Below are positions 21,394 through 33,276 of a stretch of 64,000 nt of DNA, piece by piece. The position numbers and the translations under genes were made by a program. The DNA comes from an uncultured Nitrospinota bacterium (lineage in GTDB: Bacteria > Tectomicrobia > Entotheonellia > J063 > CAVPRW01). The notes under the pieces were generated by a model. The model saw only the letters and a program-made list of their open reading frames with translations. It had not been told where the DNA came from and did not search any database. Position 1 is the first letter of the stretch, and every line of letters begins with the position of its first letter. The stretch covers positions 352,001-416,000 of the forward strand of contig CAVPRW010000031.1 in assembly GCA_963707985.1 (NCBI GenBank), written 5' to 3'.

Positions 21394-22882
21394 ATGACGT
21401 ATGGAACACTATGGCGGCGGGCCGCGTTATTAGCGGTGTTTGCATTACTGGTGGGGTGTTTGAGTTGTGGGATCACGGCGACTGGCCACCCCCGCGACCT
21501 GGACGCCAGCCGGCCTGAAGTCTTTGTCGAGGTAACGCGCGTCGTCGAAAGTTCCTATTGGGATGCGAGCAAACTCGAGCCTCAAGGTTTATTCAAAGGG
21601 GTTGTCGATGGTGTCGACGAGGATGTTCGACGCCTGGGGGGAAGCTATTGCCTATAAGGGCCAGCAGGTACTCGTCTCCCTGAACGGTCAAACCAAGGCC
21701 GTCGATCTGTCCGCCATAGATTCCCTGGCTGAGCTGGTGCATGCATTCAGCAGCATTCAGGTGTTTCTCACCCAGCAGCAACGTTCGAATGGACATCCGA
21801 CCAACTGGGAACATCGGGCGGTCGAGGGCATGGTCAAGTCCCTTGATGGGAACTCGGCTTTCATGCCGCCGCATGAGTTCCGTGAGATGCAAGAGGAAAC
21901 GCGTGGGAGCTTCGGAGGGATCGGCATACGCATCGGTGTCGAAGACGGCCAAGTGGTGATTGTCGAGCCCATGGAGGGAACTCCGGCATCCAAAGCTGGC
22001 CTCAAGCAGGGTGATCGGATCATGAAGATTGATGGCCAACCCACACAAGGGCTGACACTGCAGGAGGCAGTCCGTCGTATGCGTGGGCCGGTGGGAAGCC
22101 ACATGGTGTTGGGCATCGTCCGCCGCGGTGGCGTGGAGCCCGAGGATGTCTCTCTGACGCGCGCCAAAATTGAGCTCAAGACTGTGGAAGGCCAGATGCT
22201 CGATGGGCGCATTGGCTATGTCAAAGTCCGTGGCTTCCATGAGACGACCCTGCTGGAGATGGAGAAGACGTTAAACCGCTTGACCCAGCAAAAAATGGAA
22301 GGATTGGTCCTGGATTTGCGGAATAATCCCGGTGGCCTCTTGAGTCAATCGGTCAAAGTCTGCAACCTCTTTGTTGATGAAGGGCTGATAGTGGTCTCGA
22401 CCGAGGGCCGGGTGCGCAATCAAAACTCGCGGTTCATGGCTAATGGGGGTGGCCAATATCGGCAATATCCCTTGATTGTGCTGATCAATGCCGGTAGTGC
22501 CAGCGGCTCGGAAATCGTCGCTGGGGCACTACAAGATTTACAGAAGGCGACCATTATCGGCACCAAGAGCTATGGGAAAGGGTCGGTTCAGACCATTTTC
22601 CCGCTCCAGGATGGCTCCGGACTGCGCCTGACGACCGCCCACTATTTTACGCCCAGTGGACGGAATATCGATCATGTCGGGATCATCCCCGATATCGAGC
22701 TCTCGAACGAAGGGAAAGAAGATCGCCAGTTGGACATGGCCCATGCCATCATGAAGGAGGCTCTGGCCATGACGAATCGACGCAAACAGCAACAGCAGCG
22801 TGGGGCAGGGCCGATCGATAACGTCATGATGAAAGAATTGGGACGTGGCATGCTCGCCGCTCCTCCCACTCCGTCGCCGTAA
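21394..22882 (+). CDS. ctpA: S41 carboxy-terminal processing protease with PDZ domain (frameshift near 21650)
   Basis: Signal/lipobox-like N-terminus in ORF 21394-21657. FGGIG, LDLRNNPGG, SASGSEI and SYGKGSVQ in ORF 21563-22882. Confidence 0.9.
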
Positions 22883-22991
22883 CTTCCTTCCCGCATGTGC
22901 TGCACGCTATGCTCTCCGGCGTGTGCCTCAGACGCAATTCATTCATAGATCCTGGCCGAGGGGAGGACAGCTCCTCGAAGGGAAACTCGAT

Positions 22992-24111
22992 ATGGCACCA
23001 CAAGCAGCCCTCAGCCTGAAGCGGACACCGCTCTATGAGCTGCACTGCGAAGCGGGCGCGAAATTCGTTGACTTCGGCGGTTGGGAAATGCCTGTACAAT
23101 ATGCGGGCATTATCGAGGAGCATCGAGCCGTGCGCACCTCGGTCGGTCTCTTCGACGTCAGCCACATGGGAGAGATCGAGATCAGGGGCCCACAGGCGCT
23201 GGAGGTGGTGCAGCGGCTCACCACCAATGATGCATCGAAGCTCGAAGTCTATCAGGTGCAATACTCGACTCTCTGTCATCCACACGGGGGGATCGTCGAT
23301 GACCTCACCGTCTATCGCCTAGGCCTGGAGCATTTTCTCCTATGCGTCAACGCTGCCAACATCGACAAAGACTTCGCCTGGATCATCGAACAGGCGCACG
23401 GCGACGCAGACATCGCCAACACCAGTGCACAGATCGCCCAACTGGCGCTGCAGGGCCGTCAGGCCCAGGCAACGCTGCAGTCCTTATGCGATATCGCGCT
23501 TGACGACGTGCGCTATTATTGGTCGGCTAAGGGACGCGTGAGAGGGGTTGAAACCCTGATCTCGCGTACGGGATATACCGGCGAGGACGGCTTTGAGATG
23601 TATTGTTCCGCTTCGGAAGGGCCAGCACTCTGGCGTGCGCTGATGGAGGCCGGTGCACCGTACCAGATCAAACCTATCGGCCTGGGCGCCCGCGATACCT
23701 TGCGCCTCGAAATGGGCTATGCGCTCTATGGCAATGACATTACGGACGACACCACCCCCTTGCAAGCGGGCCTCGGCTGGATCGTCAAACTCAGCAAGGG
23801 GGATTTCGTCGGCCGCGAGGCTCTGGCCAAAGAACGAGGCGAGGGGATCAAGCGCCGGCTCGTCGGCCTCGAGATGATCGATCGGGGCGTGGCGCGGGCG
23901 CATTACCACATCATGGCTGATGGCGGAAGTCGTGGGGGAGGTGACCAGCGGCACGGTGTCCCCAACCTTGAACAAAAGCGTCGGGCTGGGGTATGTACGG
24001 ACCGAGTGTGCGAAGGTCGGCACACCAGTGCAGGTCGACATCCGCGGCAAGCCGGCCCAGGCTCGGGTGGCCGCCACGCCATTTTATCCGTCGCAGGTGC
24101 GCAAGGCATAA
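22992..24111 (+). CDS. gcvT: Glycine cleavage aminomethyltransferase T (frameshift near 23920)
   Basis: KRTPLY, FGGWEMP, FDVSHMG, RTGYTGEDG, GLGARDTLRLE. GEVTSG...PFY is in the shifted frame. Confidence 0.95.
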
Positions 24112-24129
24112 GGGAGAGAGTGAGGGCTT

Positions 24130-24522
24130 ATGGAGTTCCCAGCGGGATTGCGGTATACGAAAGAGCATGAGTGGATCAGGGTCGAGGGCGACCAGGCCTA
24201 TGTCGGCATCACCGACTATGCCCAGCAGGAGCTGGGGGATGTAGTCTATGTCGAACTGCCGGACGCCGGCGGCGACATACGCTACATGGAGCCCTTCGGG
24301 GTGGTGGAATCGGTTAAGGCCGTCTCTGACCTCTTCTCACCAGTGACCGGTGCGGTCCAACAGGTGAACGAAGAGCTGTTCAATCGGCCTGAGCTGGTGA
24401 ACAGCGACCCGTATGGCCAGGGCTGGATGCTCTTGGTGCAGATTGGCGATCCCGCCCAGCTTGAGACGCTGATGACGGCAGAGCAGTATCAGGCCTACCT
24501 GCGCCAGGTGAGGGAGGGATGA
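24130..24522 (+). CDS. gcvH: Glycine cleavage H protein
   Basis: HEW, GITDYAQ, lipoyl site VESVKA. Confidence 0.97.
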   Translation: MEFPAGLRYTKEHEWIRVEGDQAYVGITDYAQQELGDVVYVELPDAGGDIRYMEPFGVVESVKAVSDLFSPVTGAVQQVNEELFNRPELVNSDPYGQGWMLLVQIGDPAQLETLMTAEQYQAYLRQVREG

Positions 24523-25877
24523 TGCGCTATATCCCCAACACCGATGCCGATCGCCAGGTCATGCTGGAAGCGATGGGGCTGCCCACGGTCGAAGACCTTT
24601 TCAGCGGCATCCCCCATGGTCTCCGCTTCACGGGTCCGCTCAATATCCCCAGGGCGTTTGCGGAGCAAGAAGTGCTACGGCATATGCGGACGTTGGCTGG
24701 TCAGAATGCCGACGTCGAGGACTATGCCGCATTCCTGGGGGCGGGTGCGTATCACCATTTTATCCCAAGCATCGTCCCCGTGCTCACCTCACGTGGCGAG
24801 TTCATGACCGCCTATACGCCGTATCAGCCGGAAATGGCACAGGGGACTTTGCAAGCACTGTATGAATACCAAACGCTGATCTGCCAGCTCACCGATATGG
24901 AGGTTGCCAACGCCTCGCTGTATGATGCCTCTACGGGTGTGGCGGAAGCGGTCCTAATGGCTCGGCGTGTGACCCAGCGCGATGAGGCTCTGGTGTCTGG
25001 AGCCGTACACCCCGAGTATCGCGCCGTTCTGCGCACGTATTTGCAAAACCTCGGTATGCAAGTGCAGGAGGTCGCCATAGATCAGACAGGACAGACGCCG
25101 CTGGCGCATGTACAGGCAATGCTGTCCCCACGCGTGGCTTGTGTGGTCGTCCAGAGCCCCAATTTTTTCGGGGTGATCGAGGATTTGACGGGCTTTGCGG
25201 AAGCCCTTCATCACGACAAAGCGCTACTGGTCCAAGCCGTGGCCGAGCCCGTGTCGCTCGGCTTGCTCAAGCCTCCTGGTGCTTGGGGTGCCGATATCGT
25301 CGTCGGTGAGGGGCAGTCATTCGGCAATGCCCTCAGCTATGGCGGGCCTTACCTGGGCTTCTTTGCCACAAGAGATCAATTTGTCCGGCAGATGCCGGGG
25401 CGATTGGCTGGCGAGACGGTTGATACCGAGGGACGCCGTGGTTATGTCCTGACGCTTTCGACGCGAGAACAGCACATTCGCCGGGAAAAAGCCACCTCGA
25501 ACATCTGTACCAACGAAGGCTTATGTGCGCTGGCGGCGACGATTCATCTCTGCACCCTGGGGAAGGTCGGCCTCCGTCGACTCGCCGAGCTCAATCTGCA
25601 GCGCGCCACGTATGCGCGGCGACAGCTCGCTGCCATCCCAGGTTGCCGTGTGCCCTTCACCGGGCCAACGTTCAATGAATTTGTGCTGGAAACCCCCATA
25701 CCCGCTGCCCATCTCATTCGCCAGTTGAGCGCACAGCGCCTGATCCCCGGCATCGACCTGGGGCGATTTTATCCGGAGCGTTCCCATCAGCTCCTGATGT
25801 GTGTCACCGAGATGAATTCCCGGGATGATATCGACCGGCTGTGCTCGGCGCTCTCAGCCGCGCTGCAAGCATTGTAG
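24519..25877 (+). CDS. gcvPA: Glycine dehydrogenase subunit 1
   Basis: FLGAG, TAYTPYQPE, REQHIRREKATSNICTN. Confidence 0.97.
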   Translation: MMRYIPNTDADRQVMLEAMGLPTVEDLFSGIPHGLRFTGPLNIPRAFAEQEVLRHMRTLAGQNADVEDYAAFLGAGAYHHFIPSIVPVLTSRGEFMTAYTPYQPEMAQGTLQALYEYQTLICQLTDMEVANASLYDASTGVAEAVLMARRVTQRDEALVSGAVHPEYRAVLRTYLQNLGMQVQEVAIDQTGQTPLAHVQAMLSPRVACVVVQSPNFFGVIEDLTGFAEALHHDKALLVQAVAEPVSLGLLKPPGAWGADIVVGEGQSFGNALSYGGPYLGFFATRDQFVRQMPGRLAGETVDTEGRRGYVLTLSTREQHIRREKATSNICTNEGLCALAATIHLCTLGKVGLRRLAELNLQRATYARRQLAAIPGCRVPFTGPTFNEFVLETPIPAAHLIRQLSAQRLIPGIDLGRFYPERSHQLLMCVTEMNSRDDIDRLCSALSAALQAL

Positions 25878-25897
25878 GTCGGCGCGGAAGGATAATC

Positions 25898-27403
25898 ATG
25901 GAGAACAAGCAGTCAGATGCTATGCAGGGGATTCAGGGACTGGTGTACCGGGAGGATCTTATCTTCGAGCAATCGGCTGCCGGGCGGGAAGGTTATTCCT
26001 TACCGGAGGCAGAAGTGCCGGAGGTCCCTGTAGACACTGCCATCCCAGCCCATCTGTTGCGGGATGAGATCGCCGGTTTCCCCGAGGTTGCAGAGCTCGA
26101 TGTCCTGCGGCATTTCACGCGGTTATCGCAGTGGAACTATGCCATCGATCTGGGGACATTTCCACTCGGGTCGTGTACGATGAAGTACAACCCGCGCGTG
26201 AACGAAGAGGTGGCCAGGATTCCCGGCTTCTCCCGCATCCATCCCTATGAGCCCGAGGAGTTGGTGCAGGGGGCGTTGCAGCTGATGTACGAGTTGGAGC
26301 GCTACCTGGCAGAGATCAGCGGCATGGACCGCGTCACTCTGCAACCGGCGGCTGGTGCCCATGGGGAGTTGACCGGCCTCTTGATGATCCGCGCCTACCA
26401 TGCCTCCAAGGGCAACCCGCGACGTAAAGTCATCCTGCCTGACTCAGCACATGGGACCAATCCCGCCAGCTCTGCTCTTTGTGGCTATCAGGTCGTCGAG
26501 CTCAAGTCGAGTAAGGAAGGGGTCGTTGACCCGCAAGCCGTTGCTGAGGTGATGGACGAGGATGTCGCTGCCCTCATGACCACGAATCCCAATACCCTCG
26601 GAATCTTCGAAAAACACATTCAAACGGTGAGCGACATCGTGCATCGCAAGGGGGGGCTGGTGTATTGCGATGGGGCCAATCTGAATGCCCTCGTTGGCAT
26701 CGCTCGCCCGGGGGACATGGGTTTCGACGTCATCCAATTCAATCTGCACAAGACCTTCTCGACCCCTCATGGAGGGGGCGGTCCTGGCGCGGGGCCGGTG
26801 GGCGTCAAGGCGTCGCTCGTGCCATTTCTTCCGGTGCCAGTCGTCGAGCACGATGGCGATCAATATCGCCTCGATTACAACAGGCCGCAGAGTATCGGTA
26901 GGGTGCGGGCGTTTTACGGCAATTTCGGGATGCTGGTGCGCGCCTATACCTATATTCGCACACTCGGCCCCGATGGCTTGCGCCGCATGGCCGAGACCGC
27001 CGTCCTTAACGCCAATTACCTCCTGCATCGCATCAAAGACCATTACGAAGTGCCCTACCCCGAGCGGCCTATGCACGAGTGTGTGGTCTCCGATAAGCAT
27101 CAAGTGGAACACGGCGTCAAAGCTCTGGACATTGCCAAGCGGCTGATCGATTATGGCTATCACCCACCCACGATCTATTTTCCGCTCATCGTCAAGGGAG
27201 CGCTGATGCTCGAGCCCACCGAGAGTGAGAGCAAGGAGCGCATCGATTGCCTGGCGGAGGCCCTGATTCAGATCGCTCATGAGGCAGAAAAGGAGCCCGA
27301 GACGGTGCTGGGTGCTCCGACGAAGACGGTCGTCAGCCGCTTGAACGAGACCAAGGCCGCCCGAGAGCCCAACTACCGCTGGAAGGGCGCTGAGAGGCGC
27401 TGA
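25898..27403 (+). CDS. gcvPB: Glycine dehydrogenase subunit 2
   Basis: PLGSCTMKYNP, HGTNPAS, NLHKTFSTPHGGGGPG. Confidence 0.97.
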   Translation: MENKQSDAMQGIQGLVYREDLIFEQSAAGREGYSLPEAEVPEVPVDTAIPAHLLRDEIAGFPEVAELDVLRHFTRLSQWNYAIDLGTFPLGSCTMKYNPRVNEEVARIPGFSRIHPYEPEELVQGALQLMYELERYLAEISGMDRVTLQPAAGAHGELTGLLMIRAYHASKGNPRRKVILPDSAHGTNPASSALCGYQVVELKSSKEGVVDPQAVAEVMDEDVAALMTTNPNTLGIFEKHIQTVSDIVHRKGGLVYCDGANLNALVGIARPGDMGFDVIQFNLHKTFSTPHGGGGPGAGPVGVKASLVPFLPVPVVEHDGDQYRLDYNRPQSIGRVRAFYGNFGMLVRAYTYIRTLGPDGLRRMAETAVLNANYLLHRIKDHYEVPYPERPMHECVVSDKHQVEHGVKALDIAKRLIDYGYHPPTIYFPLIVKGALMLEPTESESKERIDCLAEALIQIAHEAEKEPETVLGAPTKTVVSRLNETKAAREPNYRWKGAERR

Positions 27404-28245
27404 TGCCTGGTCAGCCTCGTCCGCAATGGCGCTTGCTCGATACCGGACCCGCTGACGGTTTTACCAACATGGCGGTGGATGAGGCGTTGTTGGAGGTCTT
27501 TGCTACTGAGGGTAATCCCACCACCGTGCGCTTTTATGGGTGGTCACCACCAGCCCTTTCACTGGGCTATGCCCAATCTCTTGAGCGTGAGATCGATCTG
27601 CGGCAGTGTTCATCCCTCGGCATCGATGTCGTGCGCCGGCCTACCGGCGGACGAGCTGTGCTGCACGACCACGAGGTGACCTACAGTGTGGTCATCGGTG
27701 GCGATGACCCTCGAGTCAGCTCCGGGGTGTTGGCAGCTTATCTGACGATCAGTCAAGCCATGATTCGGGGTCTTTCATACCTTGGGATCAGCGCCGAGCT
27801 CCTACCGCTTCGTCGTGGTATTCCCCTACCCTCTGATACGGCATCCCCGGTGTGTTTCGCCACGCCGTCGAGCTACGAAGTCGCTGTGGGGGGACGCAAA
27901 ATCATCGGCAGCGCTCAGCGACGTGCACACAACGTGATCATGCAGCATGGCAGCATCCCACTGTCGATGAACATCGAGAGACTGCGGACCGTATTTGGCC
28001 GGTCATCACTGGAGAATGGGTTACCTCAAGGCAAGCCTGACTCTCCCCTACCCATGACGTCCTTGCAGGAGGCCGGCGGACGAGCATACGACTACGCGGA
28101 GGTGGTGGCTGCTCTCACACAGGGGATAGCGGAGACCTGGCAGGTCGATATAGTTCCAGGCCAGCTGACTGCAGCTGAAAGACAACTCAGCGCTCACCTA
28201 CGTACGACGAAATATCACTCAGACGTCTGGACCTGGCGTTATTAG
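27403..28245 (+). CDS. lipM: Lipoate-protein ligase family / octanoyltransferase LipM-like
   Basis: NMAVDE, RRPTGGRAVLH, KIIGSAQ, QHGSI. Adjacent to the gcv operon. Confidence 0.8.
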   Translation: MPGQPRPQWRLLDTGPADGFTNMAVDEALLEVFATEGNPTTVRFYGWSPPALSLGYAQSLEREIDLRQCSSLGIDVVRRPTGGRAVLHDHEVTYSVVIGGDDPRVSSGVLAAYLTISQAMIRGLSYLGISAELLPLRRGIPLPSDTASPVCFATPSSYEVAVGGRKIIGSAQRRAHNVIMQHGSIPLSMNIERLRTVFGRSSLENGLPQGKPDSPLPMTSLQEAGGRAYDYAEVVAALTQGIAETWQVDIVPGQLTAAERQLSAHLRTTKYHSDVWTWRY

Positions 28246-28253
28246 TCGCCTCC
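28030..28253 (+). repeat. Direct repeat copy 1 (3' end of lipM-like gene)
   Basis: Aligns with 51198-51421; 13 differences over the 203-bp core by manual count. Confidence 0.95.
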
Positions 28254-28280
28254 AGTTGGCTGAACGCCCCCCACCGCACC

Positions 28281-29264
28281 TCACAGCCCTCCTCCCCAAC
28301 GGAATTGCCAGGCCATCCCGACCGTATCGAAATCGCTGCCGGTGCGGGTGGACACGCCGTGACTGGCGTAGAGCTTGATCGAATGGTGCCGGCTCACCGG
28401 CAGCGCCACGGTGGCGCCCACGCGCGTGTTCCCCTGCCGATCGTCGCCCTTCACGCCATCGACGGTGGTCCGTCCGCCCATGTAGTAGGTGCCGTCCAGC
28501 GCGGCCCAGATCCCGTGGCCGAAGCTGTAGATGACGTGTCCCTGCACCGAGTAGATGGGATCCTGCGTGCGGGTTTTGTCACCGAGAAAGTCGTCATTGT
28601 CGGTATAGAAGGTCACACCGTTGAGGAGCTCCAACGTCAGCTTGCCGAACGCCTTCGACACCCCGAGCTCCGGTTTGACCGACCAGCGATGGGTGCCAAC
28701 GTTCACCAGCTTGTCCGCCTCGTACTGGCCCAAGGGCACCGACACCTGCAGGCTGGCGCCGATGATCAGGTCCTGCTCGTAGTCGGCGAATTCCTTGAGC
28801 GAGAGCGCCGGAGCGCCATAGAAGTTGAGGGAGAAGCGCACCCTGGGGTCGCCCAGTCCGGACACATCCCGCTCTCTCGGCTCCCCTGCAAACGTCGCCG
28901 ATCCCGAGATCCGGGCCACGGGCAGCACCACGTCGACCTTTGCTGACTGACCCAACACTCCAAGGGCACGGGCGTAGGCCAACACACCGCCGTGGACCTG
29001 GATGGCCGCATCGTTCAACGGCACGGAGGGATCGGTGGCCACGCCGCCTCGCGAGTAGGTATAGCCGGCGATCAGGAAGTTCAGCCCGACCGGCGTGTTG
29101 GCGTAGGCTCTCGGCTCGAGATCTTGCGCACGAGCGTGCGGGCTCATGACCGCGAGCATGGCGCCGACGAGCAGCGGGACGAGCCATCTCGGTGGCGTAT
29201 ATGAGGGTCGTCCCATCCGTCCTGAACCCTCCGGTGGCCCCTGGTTGTTCACGGGTGGGGCCAT
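28281..29264 (-). CDS. Putative outer-membrane beta-barrel transporter (phenol MetA-degradation/SphA-like family)
   Basis: Signal peptide, QDLEPRAY, GLGDP, PLGQY, NVGTHRWSVKPELG, terminal WQFRW. Confidence 0.75.
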   Translation of the reverse strand: MAPPVNNQGPPEGSGRMGRPSYTPPRWLVPLLVGAMLAVMSPHARAQDLEPRAYANTPVGLNFLIAGYTYSRGGVATDPSVPLNDAAIQVHGGVLAYARALGVLGQSAKVDVVLPVARISGSATFAGEPRERDVSGLGDPRVRFSLNFYGAPALSLKEFADYEQDLIIGASLQVSVPLGQYEADKLVNVGTHRWSVKPELGVSKAFGKLTLELLNGVTFYTDNDDFLGDKTRTQDPIYSVQGHVIYSFGHGIWAALDGTYYMGGRTTVDGVKGDDRQGNTRVGATVALPVSRHHSIKLYASHGVSTRTGSDFDTVGMAWQFRWGGGL

Positions 29265-29391
29265 GTGCGGCGTGCGCGTACCGTGTAGGGCTCTTCACGG
29301 GCACGTGGATCGGCTGCCCCTTCACCGGCGTCCGCCGCGATGGCGCCACCCACCGCAGCTTTATGAGGGCTGGTGAGCGCGGCCGCCGGCC

Positions 29392-30850
29392 TCACGGCGT
29401 CGCCCCGCTCGCCACGCGGCCCTGTAAGAATTCGGTGATCTCCTGCTGGTGCTGCGCCACCACCTTGGCGGCCGCGACCTGCAGCAATTGGCGGTCGCAC
29501 GCCGACGCCAGCCAAAAGCGCGTCGAGATCTCGGCGAGGCGCTCCGCCACCGCCGTCGGGGACGCCAGCGGCGGGTCCTCCTGCCGGCACGCCTCGGGGA
29601 GGTCGCGGAGGTCGGGCTGCCACTGGGCATCGGTGTGGCGCAGGGGCACCACGCGGATGGTCTGGTCGTCGGGGATCACGCCTTCGAACTGCAGGGTGCG
29701 GAAGAACAGGGCCTGGTAGGTGCTGGCGCGCTGCTCCATGATGCCGGGGATGCGGGTGTAGTCATAGTTCCACAGGCTGAAGGGTTCCGCGCGGCGGGTG
29801 AGGCGCCGCTCCCCCACCGCGAAGGGAAACGAACTGTCGAAGGCGAGGATGAGCGCGCGCCGGGCCCGGTGCTCCTGGAGCTGCTTAAGGAAGATGAAGA
29901 GCAGGGACTCCACCCCCTGGTTCTCATAGAGCCCGCCGTCCCCCATATGGAAGTAGAGGTCCGTGTCGCCGACCCGGAAGGTGACGGGCCCGACCAAGGG
30001 GGGAAAGGACGCCGACGCCGCCACCGCCCCGGCTAAGCGGCTGGGGCAGAGGTCGATGCCGAGCTCCAGCGGCGTGAGGGTGAGGAGTTTCTCCCAGCGC
30101 TGCAGGAAGGCCGGCGGGAACTCGGCGGTCAGATCCCGCCGGGCCAGGGAGGCGCGCAGGGCCGCATAGAAGTCGTAGTGGGAGGCGTCGGGCGGCAGGG
30201 TGGTAAGCGCCAAGCGCCGGCCGCTGTTGTACAGCGTGGTGTTGATGATCAGCTCGCGGGCTGTCGCCGCGCGCCTCCCGCTGGGCCAGGTCGGCGAACG
30301 TGGTGGGGCCCAGCAGGTGCTGGGCCATGACCTCGGCGAGGGAGCGGGCCGCCAGCGACGAGTTGAGCCAGCGAAAGGACAGCAGTTGGCGCCAGAGGAG
30401 GGCGCTCTCGAAGTCCTGGCTCAGTTTCGCCTGATACTCGGCGAAGAACGTCTCATACTCGGCCGTCAACGCCCCCGCTGGCGTCAGGACCGGGGTCTCG
30501 CGGGGCGGCTTCTGGCTGGCGTAGGCGGTGGCCGCCACGCTGCCCCCGGAGACGCTCGACAGGTAGGTCACCTGCTCCAGGACCGCGCCCCCGCCGGGGG
30601 CCGGCAGCCGTCCGAGCGCCTCCAGGCCGGCGGCCCCGAAGAGGGCGGCGCGGCTGCCGCCGCCCGAGAGGGCCACGCCGACGAGGACCTCGTGGTCTGG
30701 AGCCGGCGTGACGCAGGCGCTGTCGGGGCCCGCCGGCGGGACGCGGACGGCGACGGCCGAGGCGCAGCCCGTCAGGATGACTGCGCACAACAGCACGACG
30801 CCGGCCCTCGGCCAGGGGGACCCTCCTATCATCGTTCGACTTCGCAGCAT
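29392..30850 (-). CDS. Patatin-like phospholipase lipoprotein (frameshift near 30255)
   Basis: ILTGC lipobox, ALSGGGSRAA, SSVSGG, AVAASASFP, DGG. Confidence 0.85.
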
Positions 30851-31142
30851 GTTCTCCTCCTTGTCCATCGTGTCCACCGAAGCCTCCGCGCTCCCCGTTG
30901 CTGTGTCCCGCGCCCGCGGGTCACTCCGGGAAGGTGTACACTCAGTTCCCGTCATTCGTGATGTTCGCCACGATCCAGCCGTGCCTCTGGGGCGCATCTA
31001 ACGAGGCGTGGTCCTGCGCCGCATAGGAGGCCCTGGTCTGCGTAGCCCGCTTCAGCCATGAGAATCGCCTGTAGACCCGGAGCCCCCCGATGAATGCCCA
31101 GATCAACCTTCAACTGGACGTGGGCGGCCTGACGCCGGGCCA

Positions 31143-32930
31143 TCACCGTCCAGGCCCTGTGCCTGTGGCCGAGCCGTCCGCTGGGTATGGCAGCGTGTTG
31201 TCGATGGCCGCGATCTTCTCCGGAGGCAAGCGCGGCAGATACAGCTCGCCCCGCTCACGCCATGCCTGCACCCGTGCCTCCGCCGCCCGGGCCCGGTCAG
31301 GATCGAGCCCGGGGCCCTGTTCGACATAGGTCGTCTGCGACGGGAAGGCAAAGCTGGAGCCTGCCGCGGCGACGATGTCCATGATCCGGAGATTGAGGTC
31401 CTCGGCGACCTCCAGGTACTCGCCGTAGTCGGTCACGGTGACATAGCTGAACACCTCGAGGTCTAGCGACGAGCTGCCGAAGCGGACGAACCGGACGCGG
31501 GCCGACGCCGAGTCGACCTTGGGGTGCGCATAGAGCAGCTGACGCACCTCGACCAGGACGTAGCGGAGCTGGTCCGGGGTCGTCTCGTAGCGCAAGCCGA
31601 GCGTCGGATGGTACCAGAACCGGTCGCGCCTGGCGAAGTTCTCGATTTGGAGGTTCGAGAACTCCGCGTTCGGGATGGTGACGATGGTGCGGTCGGGGGT
31701 CCGCAGCCGCGTCGAGCGCAACCCCACCTCCTCGACGGTGCCGAGCGTCCCGCCGAAGCGACAGACTTCCCCCACCCGCACGGGCTGGTCGGCGTAGAGC
31801 GTGATGCTGCCGATGAAGTTTTCCAACGTCTTCTGCGCCGCCAGCGCCACCGCGATGCCGCCGATGCCCAGCCCCGCCAGCACGGTGATGACGTTGACGC
31901 CGAAACTGTGGACCACGGCGAGGCCAGCGAAGGTGGCGATGAAGATCTTTGCCGACTTCCGGAGCACAGGGAGGAGGGGGAGTAAAGTGGTCCTGCCGCG
32001 TCGCACCGCATGGTTCCGGGCGGTCTCCTCGACGGATTCCAGGATACGCAGCACCATCCACGCGAGCGCGAGGATCAGCACGATCTGCTCCAAGGAGTCG
32101 AGCAGGCGGCTCACGATCAAGGAGGGCTGGAATTGCCGGTGTGCGATGAAGAGGAAGAGCACGAGGATCAGCAGTCGCACCGGTCCCACCACGAACGTGC
32201 TCAGCACTGACGCCAGCTCGCGCCGCCAGTCGCCGTAGCAGCCGGAGCCCCAGGCTGGTGACCAGGAGTCCGAGGCCGTAGCCGACGCCGACGAAGGATC
32301 GGCAGGGCCAGCCACTGCCGGAGCTGGATATCGAGAAACTCTGTCTCATTAAACACGCTCGGCAGCACCTTTCCGAGCAGCCCGTACCCATAGCGCGCGT
32401 ACAGGTCTGGAATCGCGGCCACGCTCGCGGCCGAGAGCTTCCAGATCATCACGCCGTCCTCGCGTGGGACGCGCTGGAGCCGCATGTAGACTGGCATCTC
32501 CGGGGTCTCGATACGCCCCACCTGCTCCACATCCGGGGGCAGGCCATCATCGAGGAACCCTGCTGCACTGTCGCTCAAGCGGTCGACATCGATCGGGACC
32601 TGCTGGTCCATGACGATCTTCAAATGACGGGCCAGCTGCGGTCCCAGGGTCGTCGCTTGCTCGGCGGGGAGGGCTCGCAAGTCGAGATATTCGGCAGCCC
32701 GTTGATAGTTGTGGGCGCGGGCCACCCGCCGGAACCCCTCCACCATTCGACGCGGCGTGCCGCGGTCCAGGTCGTCGACCGGAATGTCCGATCCGACCTG
32801 GCGTGACTGGCCAGTTGGCTCGGGCCCCTGAGCTCCGGCCGCTTCCTGGCGGTGCGGCTGTCCCCAGGCGGGGTTCCAGGCGACCCCGAGCAGCAGCCCG
32901 ATGGAGAGTAACGAGAACGAGTGTCTTCAT
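31143..32930 (-). CDS. MscS-family mechanosensitive channel with periplasmic N-terminal domain (at least 3 frameshifts)
   Basis: AGLGIGGIAVALAAQ, GTVEEVGLRSTR, TIPN, FAFPSQT. AAEYLDL in the N-terminal frame. Confidence 0.88.
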
Positions 32931-33276
32931 GGAGGTTCCTCCTCTGATTCACCTCAGTAGCACCCAGGTCGAGATAGATGGCCCTGAGAGCACCCTGCCG
33001 GGTTTACCACTGCGCTTCACCTCGACTCCGGAGAACCCGAATACGTAGCGCCGCGCCCGCCCAGTGTGTCGGATTCCTGTCTGTGGCTCGGATCTGCACC
33101 ATGCCAGACAGTATATGGACAATTACTCCGTCTATCCGGCACAGCCGGCAAGCACTCAGGAGATCCACCTCCTGCCTGACATATCCCCCGCCACGAGGGT
33201 TTCGCCTTCGGCTGGACCTGCAAGCAGCGAAGGCACTCCTTGAAACCTGATGCCCCCCGGCAGAGCTTCCCAGGCA

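Noticed and set aside
22883..22991. Glycine riboswitch upstream of gcvT
   Set aside because: Short spacer lacking the GGAGA/CCGAAG/CTCTCAGG motifs.
22992..28245. Missing L protein (lpdA) as evidence of a novel ETF-coupled glycine cleavage system
   Set aside because: lpdA is commonly encoded elsewhere, and ctpA separates etfBA from gcvT.
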